A stretch of 64,000 nt of DNA from Bacteroidota bacterium. Its GTDB lineage: Bacteria > Bacteroidota > Bacteroidia > NS11-12g > UBA955. The notes below the pieces were generated by a model. The model was given only the letters and a program-made list of their open reading frames with translations. It was not told where the DNA came from and searched no databases. The DNA lies in NCBI GenBank assembly GCA_016868785.1, contig VGFS01000007.1, forward strand, positions 4,967 to 68,966. The letters are read 5' to 3'. Positions 17,888 to 27,427 of this stretch are shown in pieces. Position numbers and translations under genes: made by a program. Position 1 is the first letter of the stretch, and every line of letters begins with the position of its first letter.

Positions 17888-19378
17888 TTAACGGGTTGCC
17901 TCAAGTGGATTAAGTTTTTGAAACATCCTAGAAATTTCTCGGAGGGATAGGGATTCGATTTTGCCCAAGTTTCCTGCCAGGATGAGCGTGTTACAACTCC
18001 ATGTACAAGCATTGAATCCGCGTTCGTTGGAGAGTGCCATCCAGTGGATTCCTCCGTCGAAGGAAACGTCGGTTCCGGAGGTACCTGTACAAATGGATAT
18101 GGTGATGGATTTTTTGCGATGGGTTGTGTTGAAAAAATCGGCGGGTTGCTTGCCAAAGGCGTCGTAAAACGATTGGCAACGATTGCGAGAATCACCAAAA
18201 AAGAGGTTGAATACGGTGTCTTTGTTGATAGGGGCACTGATGCAAACGCCGCTGCGGTATCCGCGGGGTGGGGTAGCGGCAGGGTACCAATGGCCCTGGA
18301 TATTGTGGGTGTAGGCTGCGATGGCGCCGCTTGAATCGCCTTGGAAGTTGGGTTGGGCATAATTGCCACCTACGGCAATGCCTTTTTGGGTTTGGTAGGT
18401 TGTGAGTCCATAGCAGCCCCAGGCGGGACCTCCTTTTAGGTGGAGGGTTTGTTTGGGCAGTTCTTGGATTTTCCAGGCATCCACGTTCCAATGGTATTTC
18501 GAAGGATCCGTGGGATGTGGGATTGGGGTTTCTGGTTGGGGGGTTGTGCTGCTTGAGGCGGGTGGGATTGAAATAGATGCTGTATCAGCGGATGGGTCAG
18601 GGTTAGCCGTGTTTGAATGGGAAGGGTTCGTGTTGGAAGGTTTTGTGCTGGAAGGGGTGGAATGGACCGTTGGGGCTTTTGGCGCTTGGTATTGTATCTG
18701 TACCAAATGGAATTGGGGGTTGAGTCCGCCGCCGGCGAAGCCGGCGGTGATTGCAAATTTTTGCTTCTTGCGGTTGGCTTTTGTATCAATGATCGAAAGG
18801 GAAGTGCCACTGGCTGCAAAAAATGATTCGAGACTGTCGGATGGGATGTTCCAATCTCCTGCAGGAATTTCAATCCAAGAGCTGCCGTAATCGTTGGTGA
18901 AAATTGCTTTGAAATGTCCATTCAATGGATCGCCCAAAATGATGCCAACACCGGTACGGGGGTCGATTTCGATGACATCGAGAAATATCCCGGGTGTTTC
19001 ATCGTGATACACAGTTTCCCAATGATGGCCCCCGTCGGTGGTCTTGATGACTACGGCACTATCGGCAATGCTTATGGCCACTGCGGTGTATTGGTCGAGT
19101 GCCCAAATATCCCGAAAGTCCTTGCCTGGATAGGGACTCATGCAAGTATCGAATCGCAGTTCATGGGAGGCATCGAACTTGCCTCGTAGCAGGGTACTTT
19201 GGTTGCCGCTGGCCCATACCGTATTGTTGGTGGTAACGGTTAAACCGCGCAGGTGGGGTGGTTTTGAATGGTTTTGGTTTGAACCATAAATTTCCGTGAT
19301 AAGGAGGCTCTGGGTTATGGGAATTAGATGAATAAACAGTCTCCTTTTTTGGTAAATGAAGGAATTGAGCATTGACAT
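17888..19378 (-). CDS. BNR/YCF48-like beta-propeller protein with an internal Pro/Ser/Thr-rich insertion
   Basis: The track start at 19402 is TTG; the first ATGs are at 19378 and 19372. Shows Asp-box-like motifs (KTTDGGHHWETV, TNDYGSSWIEI, SFDGGIHWMAL). A low-complexity segment of about 65 aa lies mid-protein. Confidence 0.5.
   Translation of the reverse strand: MSMLNSFIYQKRRLFIHLIPITQSLLITEIYGSNQNHSKPPHLRGLTVTTNNTVWASGNQSTLLRGKFDASHELRFDTCMSPYPGKDFRDIWALDQYTAVAISIADSAVVIKTTDGGHHWETVYHDETPGIFLDVIEIDPRTGVGIILGDPLNGHFKAIFTNDYGSSWIEIPAGDWNIPSDSLESFFAASGTSLSIIDTKANRKKQKFAITAGFAGGGLNPQFHLVQIQYQAPKAPTVHSTPSSTKPSNTNPSHSNTANPDPSADTASISIPPASSSTTPQPETPIPHPTDPSKYHWNVDAWKIQELPKQTLHLKGGPAWGCYGLTTYQTQKGIAVGGNYAQPNFQGDSSGAIAAYTHNIQGHWYPAATPPRGYRSGVCISAPINKDTVFNLFFGDSRNRCQSFYDAFGKQPADFFNTTHRKKSITISICTGTSGTDVSFDGGIHWMALSNERGFNACTWSCNTLILAGNLGKIESLSLREISRMFQKLNPLEATR
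18617..18661 (-). repeat. Degenerate 15-bp tandem repeat x3 encoding PSSTK-PSNTN-PSHSN within the PST-rich insertion
   Basis: Plus-strand units are tgggaagggttcgtg, ttggaaggttttgtg and ctggaaggggtggaa. The peptide shows a 5-aa periodicity. Confidence 0.5.
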
Positions 19379-19476
19379 AAAAATGACAGAGTGTAAAAAC
19401 AATCGATTAACAAAAGTTTAAGTGCTTGATATTATGGAAAGTATTCATGACATTCGGTGTAAAATTACAACTGCCT

Positions 19477-20271
19477 ATGGAAGAAACCTCTACAAAAATT
19501 TTATTTACATCAGACAGTATCCAACATCAAAAAACACTTGGCGACGCAATGATTTCGGTAGCGCGCCGGTTCAAAGGCGAACTGCTGTGGTTAGAAACAG
19601 CGGATAACGCGGGACTCACGAACGCCCTTGTGGATGATCTCAAGAAGCGTGCGTACCGAGAATTGACAATCGTGAAAAAATCCGGTGATTTTTGGTCGAT
19701 TGCGGCAAAAACATCCAAAGAGTTGAAGGTGGAGATGACTGTGATTGCTGCGGCATCCAAATCTGGCAGTATGCTGGGTGGGGGAATGTCGGGCTGCATC
19801 AGTAAATTCGAAACTCCAGTGATTTACCTGAATCCTAATTCGGTTTGGGTAGAACCTCAGAACATTTTGATGGTGTTGGATTCCACTTCGGAGTCTCGAC
19901 AGAAATTTTACCGCGTTTCCATACTTGCCAGAGCCTTTTTTGCGAAAGTACATGTATTTGCTGTTTCCGATAAAAAGGACAATGAGACTGTACGTTACCT
20001 TCATGCCTATTCATCCCAAGCATTCAATTACATGGTAAAACATGGAGTGTCTGTAACGGAGTTGGATGTTGCGGCTGGGGGGGACATGAAAGAGGCAATT
20101 TTTTCTGCGCTGTCAACTTTGAATGATTGTTGGGTAGCCATCATGAACGAGACCGATGGTACAAGATTCATGAAGACAAGCCCTTTCCAGCACTTGTGTA
20201 ACGATACAAAAGGACCTTTGATGGCCTGTGCTGTTCAAGAAGTGGTTGGAATGGGTGGTTCTGGTTATTGA
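19477..20271 (+). CDS. Tandem universal stress protein (USP)-like domain protein
   Basis: The track start at 19426 is TTG. It was trimmed to the ATG at 19477 (MEETSTKILFTSD). There are two USP-like halves, each ending in a G-rich loop plus PV/PL motif (GSMLGGGMSGCISKFETPVIYL; TSPFQHLCNDTKGPLMAC). Divergent from canonical USPs. Confidence 0.45.
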   Translation: MEETSTKILFTSDSIQHQKTLGDAMISVARRFKGELLWLETADNAGLTNALVDDLKKRAYRELTIVKKSGDFWSIAAKTSKELKVEMTVIAAASKSGSMLGGGMSGCISKFETPVIYLNPNSVWVEPQNILMVLDSTSESRQKFYRVSILARAFFAKVHVFAVSDKKDNETVRYLHAYSSQAFNYMVKHGVSVTELDVAAGGDMKEAIFSALSTLNDCWVAIMNETDGTRFMKTSPFQHLCNDTKGPLMACAVQEVVGMGGSGY

Positions 20272-20293
20272 GCTGTTGATGAAATGAAGCATT

Positions 20294-20324
20294 GAAAGGG
20301 AGGCGCCGCAGGCGTCTCCCTTTC
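20294..20324 (+). terminator. Rho-independent terminator hairpin after the USP-like gene
   Basis: GAAAGGGAGGCGCC-gca-GGCGTCTCCCTTTC forms a 14-bp stem with one G-U pair, followed by gtgtttt. Confidence 0.6.
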
Positions 20325-20407
20325 GTGTTTTAAGGCCCTGTCTATTTTTTCTGTCTGTGGAATAAATGTTTCGCAGATACGGGTGGTTATGGCGAAATTG
20401 CACCATT

Positions 20408-21193
20408 ATGACGGTATCGGTAAGGACCATGGCAGAATACATTGCCGCAGGCGAAACACCCGAGATTTTGTTTTGGGTAGGGTGTGCAGGGAGTTACGAC
20501 GAGCGCGCGCAGCGCGTGAGTCGTGCATTTTCAAACATCCTCGAAAAAGCAAGGGTGAAGTTTGCCATTCTGGGCATGGAAGAAGGTTGTACCGGCGATC
20601 CAGCAAAACGGGCCGGCAATGAGTTCTTGTTTCAAATGCAAGCGATGCAAAACATCGAAGTCATGAATGGCTACGGAGTAAATCGCATCGTAACTGCCTG
20701 TCCCCACTGTTTCAATACCTTAAAAAACGAATACCCCAACTTGGGCGGGAATTATGAAGTGGTTCACCACACCCAGCTCATCAACGAACTCCTTTCAAGC
20801 GGTCGGTTGGCCATTGAAGGGGGTGCATTTCAAGGCAAGAAAATCACCTATCACGATAGCTGCTACCTGGGACGTGCCAATGGGATTTACGAAGCCCCTC
20901 GCCGGGTGATGGAAAAATTGGATGTGGATTTGGTGGAAATGAAACGATGCAAAACCAATGGTTTTTGTTGTGGTGCCGGTGGTGCGCAAATGTTCAAAGA
21001 AGCGGAAAAAGGCAACCAAGAAGTCAATGTGAATCGCACGGAAGAAGCGCTGCAAACTGGTGCTGAAATCATCGCGGTAAACTGCCCATTCTGCAATACC
21101 ATGATGCGCGATGGCACCAAACACTTCGAAAAGGAAGACCAAGTATCGGTTCTGGATATCGCTGAAATCGTGAACGTTTCACTCAAGGCGTAA
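20408..21193 (+). CDS. (Fe-S)-binding protein with two CCG cysteine-rich domains (heterodisulfide reductase B / LutA-like)
   Basis: Trimmed to the ATG at 20408 (MTVSVRTMAEYIAAGETPEILFWVGCAG). Shows CCG motifs: CTGDPAKRAGNEF, TACPHCFNTL, CCGAGG, NCPFCNTM. Confidence 0.8.
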   Translation: MTVSVRTMAEYIAAGETPEILFWVGCAGSYDERAQRVSRAFSNILEKARVKFAILGMEEGCTGDPAKRAGNEFLFQMQAMQNIEVMNGYGVNRIVTACPHCFNTLKNEYPNLGGNYEVVHHTQLINELLSSGRLAIEGGAFQGKKITYHDSCYLGRANGIYEAPRRVMEKLDVDLVEMKRCKTNGFCCGAGGAQMFKEAEKGNQEVNVNRTEEALQTGAEIIAVNCPFCNTMMRDGTKHFEKEDQVSVLDIAEIVNVSLKA

Positions 21194-21202
21194 TCTCTAT
21201 CT

Positions 21203-21712
21203 ATGGATTTTCGCCACGTATTGCCCCAAATGCCCGATTCAGCCCGTATCTGGTTGTTCGGCGCACAGCGTTTGATGTCGGCCCAAGAAACCCAATTCTT
21301 GAAAGAGGAAATGTCGCAATTTGTTGCTGGATGGCAAGCCCATGGAAAAGATTTACTGGCAAATTTTGAATTGCTCGGCGAGGCCATCCTCGTGGTTGCT
21401 GTAGATGAATCCAAAGAGCCACCATCGGGTTGCAGTATCGACAAAGTATTTCATTTGCTAAAAACGCAAAACGAAAAATACCAGTTAGATTTTTTCCAAC
21501 GGACCCTGATTTGGGCATGGGTTCAGCACGACCTTCGCATCTATACAGCAGCGTTGTTACTGGATGCATTGAAGGAACAGTCTATCGATTTCGATACACC
21601 CGTTGTTGACATGCTCACGCCCACCTTGGGAGATTTGCGCGCAAAAGGCCTCATTCCATTGTCGGGCAGTTGGGTATCCAAAAAATTACACAGAGATTTA
21701 CAAAGTACATGA
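21203..21712 (+). CDS. Conserved hypothetical protein (169 aa)
   Basis: ATG start 9 nt after the Fe-S gene. Its stop overlaps the MFS start (ATGA at 21709-21712). I recognise no catalytic motif. Confidence 0.5.
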   Translation: MDFRHVLPQMPDSARIWLFGAQRLMSAQETQFLKEEMSQFVAGWQAHGKDLLANFELLGEAILVVAVDESKEPPSGCSIDKVFHLLKTQNEKYQLDFFQRTLIWAWVQHDLRIYTAALLLDALKEQSIDFDTPVVDMLTPTLGDLRAKGLIPLSGSWVSKKLHRDLQST

Positions 21713-22941
21713 AAGACAAACGCATACTCATTTTATTTCTTACCATATTCATCGACCTGTTGGGCTTTGGTATTGTTATTCCCATTTTACCCAATTTGGC
21801 CAAGACCTTGGCGGTAACCTCGGGTATGCCTTTCAATCCGGATGTAGCGGTGGGGGTGGTCGCGGGGTCTTTTTCGATTATACAGTTTTTGTTTGCCCCA
21901 ATTTTTGGGGCTTGGTCTGATCGCATTGGTCGAAGGCCTATAATATTAATGAGTGTGTTCGCCAACGTGATTGGCTATTACCTGTTTGGGATCAGCGCCA
22001 ATTTTAGTTTCTTGTTGTTCTCTCGTGTGATTTCCGGTTTTGGCAGCGCCAACATTTCGGCAGCACAGGCTTACATTGCTGATATTACAACGCCGGCAGA
22101 TCGTGCCAAGCGCATGGGGATCATTGGGGCTGCATTCGGACTGGGTTTTGTTTTTGGTCCGCCTATCGGCGGATGGCTCTATCACCATGGCGGCGCACAA
22201 GGGCTTCAATGGGTGGGTTTCTTTACCGCTGGGTTGTGTGTGTTGAATTTCTTGTTGGCGTGGTTCCTTTTGCCCGAGAGTTTGCAGACTAAAGTGGTGG
22301 AGAAACGCAAGGTATCGGCCACTTTCAAAGGTTTGGTAACTGTCTGGCGTATTGATATTATCGGGGAATTGTTTTTGATTAATTTTTTATATATCGCGGC
22401 TTTCAGCATGATGCAGGTGAATGCTAGCGTGCTTTGGAAAGAGAAATATGGACTGACTGAGTATGGCATTGGCAACATCTTTGGATTCATTGGAATTTGC
22501 AGTGCCATTGTGCAGGGTGGACTGATTGGCAAGTTTCAGAAAAAGTGGGGCGTGAGAAAAATGTTGTTGATGGGATGTCCCATCGTTGCCGTGGGATTGA
22601 GCATTATTCCTATTGCCAACGACACCCAAACATTCTATGTAGTGCAAACCATCGCCATTTTGTTTCTTGCATTTGGAAATGGTCTGATGATGCCGGCGAT
22701 CAATTCTTTGGTGAGTTTAAACTCACCGGCTGAATCGCAAGGGCAAATGTTGGGTATGTTGCAAAGTTTGGGCTCATTGGCCCGCGCATTCGGTCCTATT
22801 GTTGCTGGGGGATTGTATCATTACTACTACGGATTGCCCTACTTTAGTGGAGGTGTATTGATGATGATGGCATTGATTGTGGCAATTTTATTATCCAAAC
22901 GATTGAAAAATACCGAAGAAGACGCCATCGATAGGGGTTGA
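21709..22941 (+). CDS. MFS transporter (TetA-like drug:H+ antiporter family)
   Basis: Trimmed from the track start at 21670 to the ATG at 21709 (MKDKRILILFLTIFIDLLGFGIVIPILP). MFS motif A GAWSDRIGRRPIIL. 12 predicted TM segments. Confidence 0.85.
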   Translation: MKDKRILILFLTIFIDLLGFGIVIPILPNLAKTLAVTSGMPFNPDVAVGVVAGSFSIIQFLFAPIFGAWSDRIGRRPIILMSVFANVIGYYLFGISANFSFLLFSRVISGFGSANISAAQAYIADITTPADRAKRMGIIGAAFGLGFVFGPPIGGWLYHHGGAQGLQWVGFFTAGLCVLNFLLAWFLLPESLQTKVVEKRKVSATFKGLVTVWRIDIIGELFLINFLYIAAFSMMQVNASVLWKEKYGLTEYGIGNIFGFIGICSAIVQGGLIGKFQKKWGVRKMLLMGCPIVAVGLSIIPIANDTQTFYVVQTIAILFLAFGNGLMMPAINSLVSLNSPAESQGQMLGMLQSLGSLARAFGPIVAGGLYHYYYGLPYFSGGVLMMMALIVAILLSKRLKNTEEDAIDRG

Positions 22942-22965
22942 TCCATTCGAGGGTTTAATACAACC

Positions 22966-24276
22966 ATGACTTCAAAGACCGGCCATAGCAACGCGTTGAA
23001 AGTGGTTCATTTGAACGCTTCATCGGCGGGGGGTGCATTTGTAGCGGCCCAGCGGTTGAGTCGGGCACTGGACCAGTTACCGAATGTAGAGAGTTCGCAT
23101 TGGGTGTTTGAGGGCGGGGCGGGCGATTTTCAATTGTGGGCCGATGGTTGGGTGAAAAAGCAGTGGGCCTTTGGTTTACATGCGTTGGAAAAATTGGATT
23201 TCCTGAGATTTGAGCGGGAAAAATCTGTCAGATTTGCGTTTAGTCACGGCAAAACCGGAGTGCATGTTTCTGCTTGGCAATCGATCGTTGAAGCCGATGT
23301 GATTCATTTGCATTGGATAAATAAGGGATTTGTCAGTTTGCCGGGCCTGCGACAATTGTTGGCCTTGAACAAGCGCGTGGTGTGGACTTGTCACGATATG
23401 TGGCCATTTACGGGTGGCTGTTACCACCCACGGGGCTGCAATCATTTTGAGGCATCTTGTGGAAACTGCCATTACTTGAAATCTCCATCGGTTGGGGATT
23501 TGTCGCGCCGCGTCTTCAGCGCCAAGCATGATTTGTATGCCGCTGTTGGACAAAATCTCTCGTTTGTTACACCCAGTCAGTGGTTGAAAGATCAGGCGCT
23601 GAAGAGCGGCGCGCTTACAAATTTTTTGAGAGGGTCAATTTCTGTGATTCCCAATCCCATCGATACCGATTATTTTTATCCCGGCAGTTTGGATGATTCA
23701 GGAATAGAGGGCAAACCTTTTACTTTGATGTTTGCTGCTGCCAACCTGGGCAATGCCGCCAAGGGGTTTGCTGAATTTCGTTGGGTGTGTAATGAACTTG
23801 TGGCAAGGGGGTTTTCTCAAGTACAGGCGTTAATCGTGGGAGAGAATAGAATTGGTGAACTGGGGTTGAACTGTAAGTATCGCGAATTGGGTTTTATCAA
23901 AGACGCAGAGCAAATGCGAGAAGCCTATTGGCAAACGGATGTTTACGTGACCACTTCTCACGAAGAAAATTTGCCAACCACCATCATGGAAAGTTTGAGT
24001 TGCGGGGTGCCTGTGGCGGCTTTTGCAGTGGGTGGAATTCCCGAAATGGTGGTTGCAGAGGGGGAGTACCAAACCGGATTTTTGGTGCCAAAATCGGAGG
24101 TGGGGTTGGTAACGACAGACATCTTTTTGGATCAGCTGGTTCAGGAACTGTCTGAGTACATTGTGGCTCCTGAATCCAGGGTGCATCGAATCAAACAAAA
24201 CTGCAGAGCGTTCGCCTTGCAAAACTACAGTGCAAATCAAATTGCACTCGCCTACGAGCAAGTGTATCGCGCATAG
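22966..24276 (+). CDS. GT4 (GT-B fold) glycosyltransferase
   Basis: 436 aa. N-terminal HLNASSAGGAF. C-terminal EX7E region (SHEENLPTTIMESLSCGVPVAAFAVGGIPEMV). Confidence 0.8.
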   Translation: MTSKTGHSNALKVVHLNASSAGGAFVAAQRLSRALDQLPNVESSHWVFEGGAGDFQLWADGWVKKQWAFGLHALEKLDFLRFEREKSVRFAFSHGKTGVHVSAWQSIVEADVIHLHWINKGFVSLPGLRQLLALNKRVVWTCHDMWPFTGGCYHPRGCNHFEASCGNCHYLKSPSVGDLSRRVFSAKHDLYAAVGQNLSFVTPSQWLKDQALKSGALTNFLRGSISVIPNPIDTDYFYPGSLDDSGIEGKPFTLMFAAANLGNAAKGFAEFRWVCNELVARGFSQVQALIVGENRIGELGLNCKYRELGFIKDAEQMREAYWQTDVYVTTSHEENLPTTIMESLSCGVPVAAFAVGGIPEMVVAEGEYQTGFLVPKSEVGLVTTDIFLDQLVQELSEYIVAPESRVHRIKQNCRAFALQNYSANQIALAYEQVYRA

Positions 24277-24306
24277 CGCTCAGCAATCTCATAGTCAACA
24301 TTGAAT

Positions 24307-24338
24307 AAAACAAAAAAGCCATACCCTAAGGCATGGCT
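24307..24338 (-). terminator. Rho-independent terminator closing the dcw cluster after ftsZ
   Basis: The minus-strand RNA reads AGCCATGCC-uuagg-GUAUGGCU followed by UUUUUUGUUUUA. The hairpin is at 24317-24338 and the T-tract at 24307-24316. Confidence 0.65.
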
Positions 24339-24364
24339 CTCTTGCTGTTGGATTATTTTGGCTA

Positions 24365-25948
24365 TCAATCCACGTTATCGTGCAAATGGCGATTCGGTTT
24401 TACCGTTAAATCGCGCGCATTCATTGGGTCTTCCTCGCCGATGGTGATTTTACTCACCAATTGGCTTTGGCTTGGAGGTGCTGCTTCCAAATTAATGCCT
24501 TTGCGCATGTACGCTGGAACTTCGATGTCGTTGTCGAGCAGTGACTCCCGGTCTCTGCGACCGTTTTCCATGCGGGTGTCGCGGAAAATTTGCGACATCG
24601 GATCATCGCTCCAATCATCGGCTGGGGCTTCAAAAGCACGGGGAGAGACGTTCACAGGGTTCATCGCCTCGGTTTGGTCCCAGTCAACACCGTTGTGCAC
24701 CATTTTTCCCAATTCGTCATTCGAATCTTGTCCAAACGAAGTAGGGACATGATTGATCACAGAGGGTTGTTGTGGTGGGGTGTTGAATAAGTTGGGCTGA
24801 ACCACCTTGCCTGTATTGTTTGGGGTTACCCCGTAAGCATTGGTGTTTTGTCCGTAAGGATTGTTGTTCCCCTGAAATCCAAGCCCGCTATTCATTGCGG
24901 GAGGATTCTGACTGTACGGATTGTGCGAAATTGAGGGTTGGGGCGCAGCCTCTACTTGGGGCATATTGGCCTCCATTTGCAAGCGAACCTCGAATCCGGT
25001 GGCAATTACGGTAATGGCAATTTCCTCACCGAGGCTTTCGTCTTTGGTGATACCCATTTTAAGGTGGGCGGTATGACCCGCTTCTTCTTGCAAGAATTTC
25101 TTCACTTTGGAAATTTCACTCATCACGGGTTCCTTGTGGCCGTAAGCGAAATTCACTAACAAGTGTTGGGCACCTCTTATGCGTGTGCTATCGAGAAGGG
25201 GACTGTCGAGCGCCATACGTACGGCATTTTCAGCGCGGTTTTCACCGGCGGCAAATCCTGTTCCCATGATTGCACGTCCACTGTCTTTCATGGCCGTTTG
25301 CACGTCCATGAAATCCACGTTGATCTGACCGGGCTTGGTGATGATTTCTGCGATACCACGGGCTGCGGTGCAGAGAATGTCATCGGCTTTTGAGAATGCT
25401 TGGGTGATGGTTAGATCGCCATACATGTCCACGATGCGGTCGTTGCAGATGGTTAACAGGGCATCCACGTGTGGACGCAATTTCTCCAGTCCTTCTTGGG
25501 CTTGTCCGATACGCTGTGGACCTTCGTCTTCGAAGGGCAGGGTAACGATTCCCACTGTAAGGATGCTCAATTCTTTGGCAATTTTCGCAATCACGGGAGC
25601 GGCACCGGTTCCTGTACCACCACCCATTCCGGCGGTGATGAAAACCATTTTGGTGTTGTCTTCCATGATTTGACGAATCTGTTGCATGTTTTCCATGGCC
25701 GCCTTTTCTCCCATGTCGGGCATCGAACCGGCACCCAACCCTTCGGTGAGTTGTACGCCAAGTTGAAGTCGGTTGGGAATGGGGCTGCTATTTAATGCTT
25801 GAGAGTCTGTATTACAGATATAGAAGTCAACGCCTTCGATGCCATGACGGAACATGTGATTTACGGCGTTACTGCCGCCACCACCTACCCCGATGACTTT
25901 GATGAGGTTGCCTCTGCGTACGTTTACTGCGGGTTCAAATACTGACAT
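24365..25948 (-). CDS. ftsZ: Cell division GTPase FtsZ
   Basis: 527 aa. Tubulin signature [11 protein letters not shown], a long Q/P/N-rich linker, the FtsA-binding peptide [11 protein letters not shown], and a further tail of about 45 aa ending LHDNVD. Confidence 0.97.
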   Translation of the reverse strand: MSVFEPAVNVRRGNLIKVIGVGGGGSNAVNHMFRHGIEGVDFYICNTDSQALNSSPIPNRLQLGVQLTEGLGAGSMPDMGEKAAMENMQQIRQIMEDNTKMVFITAGMGGGTGTGAAPVIAKIAKELSILTVGIVTLPFEDEGPQRIGQAQEGLEKLRPHVDALLTICNDRIVDMYGDLTITQAFSKADDILCTAARGIAEIITKPGQINVDFMDVQTAMKDSGRAIMGTGFAAGENRAENAVRMALDSPLLDSTRIRGAQHLLVNFAYGHKEPVMSEISKVKKFLQEEAGHTAHLKMGITKDESLGEEIAITVIATGFEVRLQMEANMPQVEAAPQPSISHNPYSQNPPAMNSGLGFQGNNNPYGQNTNAYGVTPNNTGKVVQPNLFNTPPQQPSVINHVPTSFGQDSNDELGKMVHNGVDWDQTEAMNPVNVSPRAFEAPADDWSDDPMSQIFRDTRMENGRRDRESLLDNDIEVPAYMRKGINLEAAPPSQSQLVSKITIGEEDPMNARDLTVKPNRHLHDNVD

Positions 25949-25969
25949 AATTGGTTCTATTATTCAAAC

Positions 25970-27382
25970 TCACTCGTGAAAATCTTCGCCTTCTTTCATC
26001 CAGTCGTTGATGCCTTTGAACAAGCCGTTTTTGCTGCCCAACCAAGAGCCGGTGAACAGGCCAAATCCGCCTTTTTTGCCTTCTGGTGTATCGCTGATTT
26101 CGATTTGTCTATTGCTCATTGGTACTTCGGCTACAATTTCGTCCAAGAAAGGATCGCTCACGCGTGCAACGGGCTCCTCTTTGTTGATGATTTCGTTGTT
26201 GAATTCGATGTGCTGATGCTTTTGAGCCAATTCAAAACCTTTCAATACCAAGCCAATGCTCGTGGCGTACATGGGGTTGCGTACTTCGTCGATCATGCCT
26301 TTTGCCAAACGCTGTCCGGGCGAGCCAATATGCACTTCCAAGCCAATGAAGTAGTTGAACAATTGGGTGATATCTTTCATAGAAGAACCACCACCTGTGA
26401 GTACAATACCTCCAGCCAATTTGTTTCGGATGCCTGATACCACGATTTCGAAATCTACTTTTTGGATGATGTCTTCAACGCGGGCACGAATGACCTGTGA
26501 AATGGCATACAAAGAGATTTCTTTGGGCGCGCGACCGGGTAATCCAGGAACCACCACCACCTCGTTTTTCATGGCTTCGGTGGGGTAGCAGCTGCCGTAA
26601 TTGACTTTCACAAATTCGGCTTGGTCCTTTAAAATACCAAAGGCTTCTTGCAAATCTTTGGTGATTCGGTCGCCACCGATGGGGATAATGGCGGTATGCC
26701 TGATGGCGCCATCGTCAAAAATACAGATGTCGGTGGTACCACCTCCGATATCGACCAATGCGACACCGGCTTCCATTTCGGGTTCGCTGAGAACGGCGGC
26801 GGCGGATGCCACGGGCTCTACTATGAGGTCGGCGATTTCGAGTCCAGCGCGACGTACGGCCATGAAAATGGTTTTTGCGGCAGATGTTTCACCAGTAATG
26901 ATGTGGTAGTTGCATTCCACACGAACACCCACACGACCTACGGGGTCTTTGATCCCTTCTTCACCGTCGATGCGATATTCTTGAGGTAAAACGTGGAGGA
27001 TTTCAAGTCCGGGCGACAAAGCCAAGTTCTCCATTTCTGCTTCGAGTTTGTTGAGTTCGTCTTCGGTGATTTCAACATCCCATTGTTTGCGGCTGAGGGT
27101 GCCACGGTGCTGCAAGCTTTTAATGTGGTGACCTGCGATGCCTACAAACACGGTTTTGATGCTGACTTGACTTTGTTTGATAGCTTCTTCCACGGCCGTT
27201 TGGATGGCGGTAACTGCTTTGGCCACGTTGGCGACCATTCCGCGTGATACGCCACCTTGGCTGGGTGCTTTTCCCATGCCCAAAACGTTGATTTTGCCGT
27301 TTTCAGCCATTTGACCAACAATCGCACACACTTTGGTGGTTCCGATGTCGAGTCCTACGATGATATTATTATTGATAGCCAT
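25970..27382 (-). CDS. ftsA: Cell division protein FtsA
   Basis: 470 aa. Actin-like ATPase motifs (GLDIGTTKVCA, DIGGGTTD) and a C-terminal amphipathic tail. Confidence 0.95.
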   Translation of the reverse strand: MAINNNIIVGLDIGTTKVCAIVGQMAENGKINVLGMGKAPSQGGVSRGMVANVAKAVTAIQTAVEEAIKQSQVSIKTVFVGIAGHHIKSLQHRGTLSRKQWDVEITEDELNKLEAEMENLALSPGLEILHVLPQEYRIDGEEGIKDPVGRVGVRVECNYHIITGETSAAKTIFMAVRRAGLEIADLIVEPVASAAAVLSEPEMEAGVALVDIGGGTTDICIFDDGAIRHTAIIPIGGDRITKDLQEAFGILKDQAEFVKVNYGSCYPTEAMKNEVVVVPGLPGRAPKEISLYAISQVIRARVEDIIQKVDFEIVVSGIRNKLAGGIVLTGGGSSMKDITQLFNYFIGLEVHIGSPGQRLAKGMIDEVRNPMYATSIGLVLKGFELAQKHQHIEFNNEIINKEEPVARVSDPFLDEIVAEVPMSNRQIEISDTPEGKKGGFGLFTGSWLGSKNGLFKGINDWMKEGEDFHE

Positions 27383-27427
27383 ATTTTTTTGTAATTGTGC
27401 TAGGGTTATTTTGGGGTTTCTGCGCGA

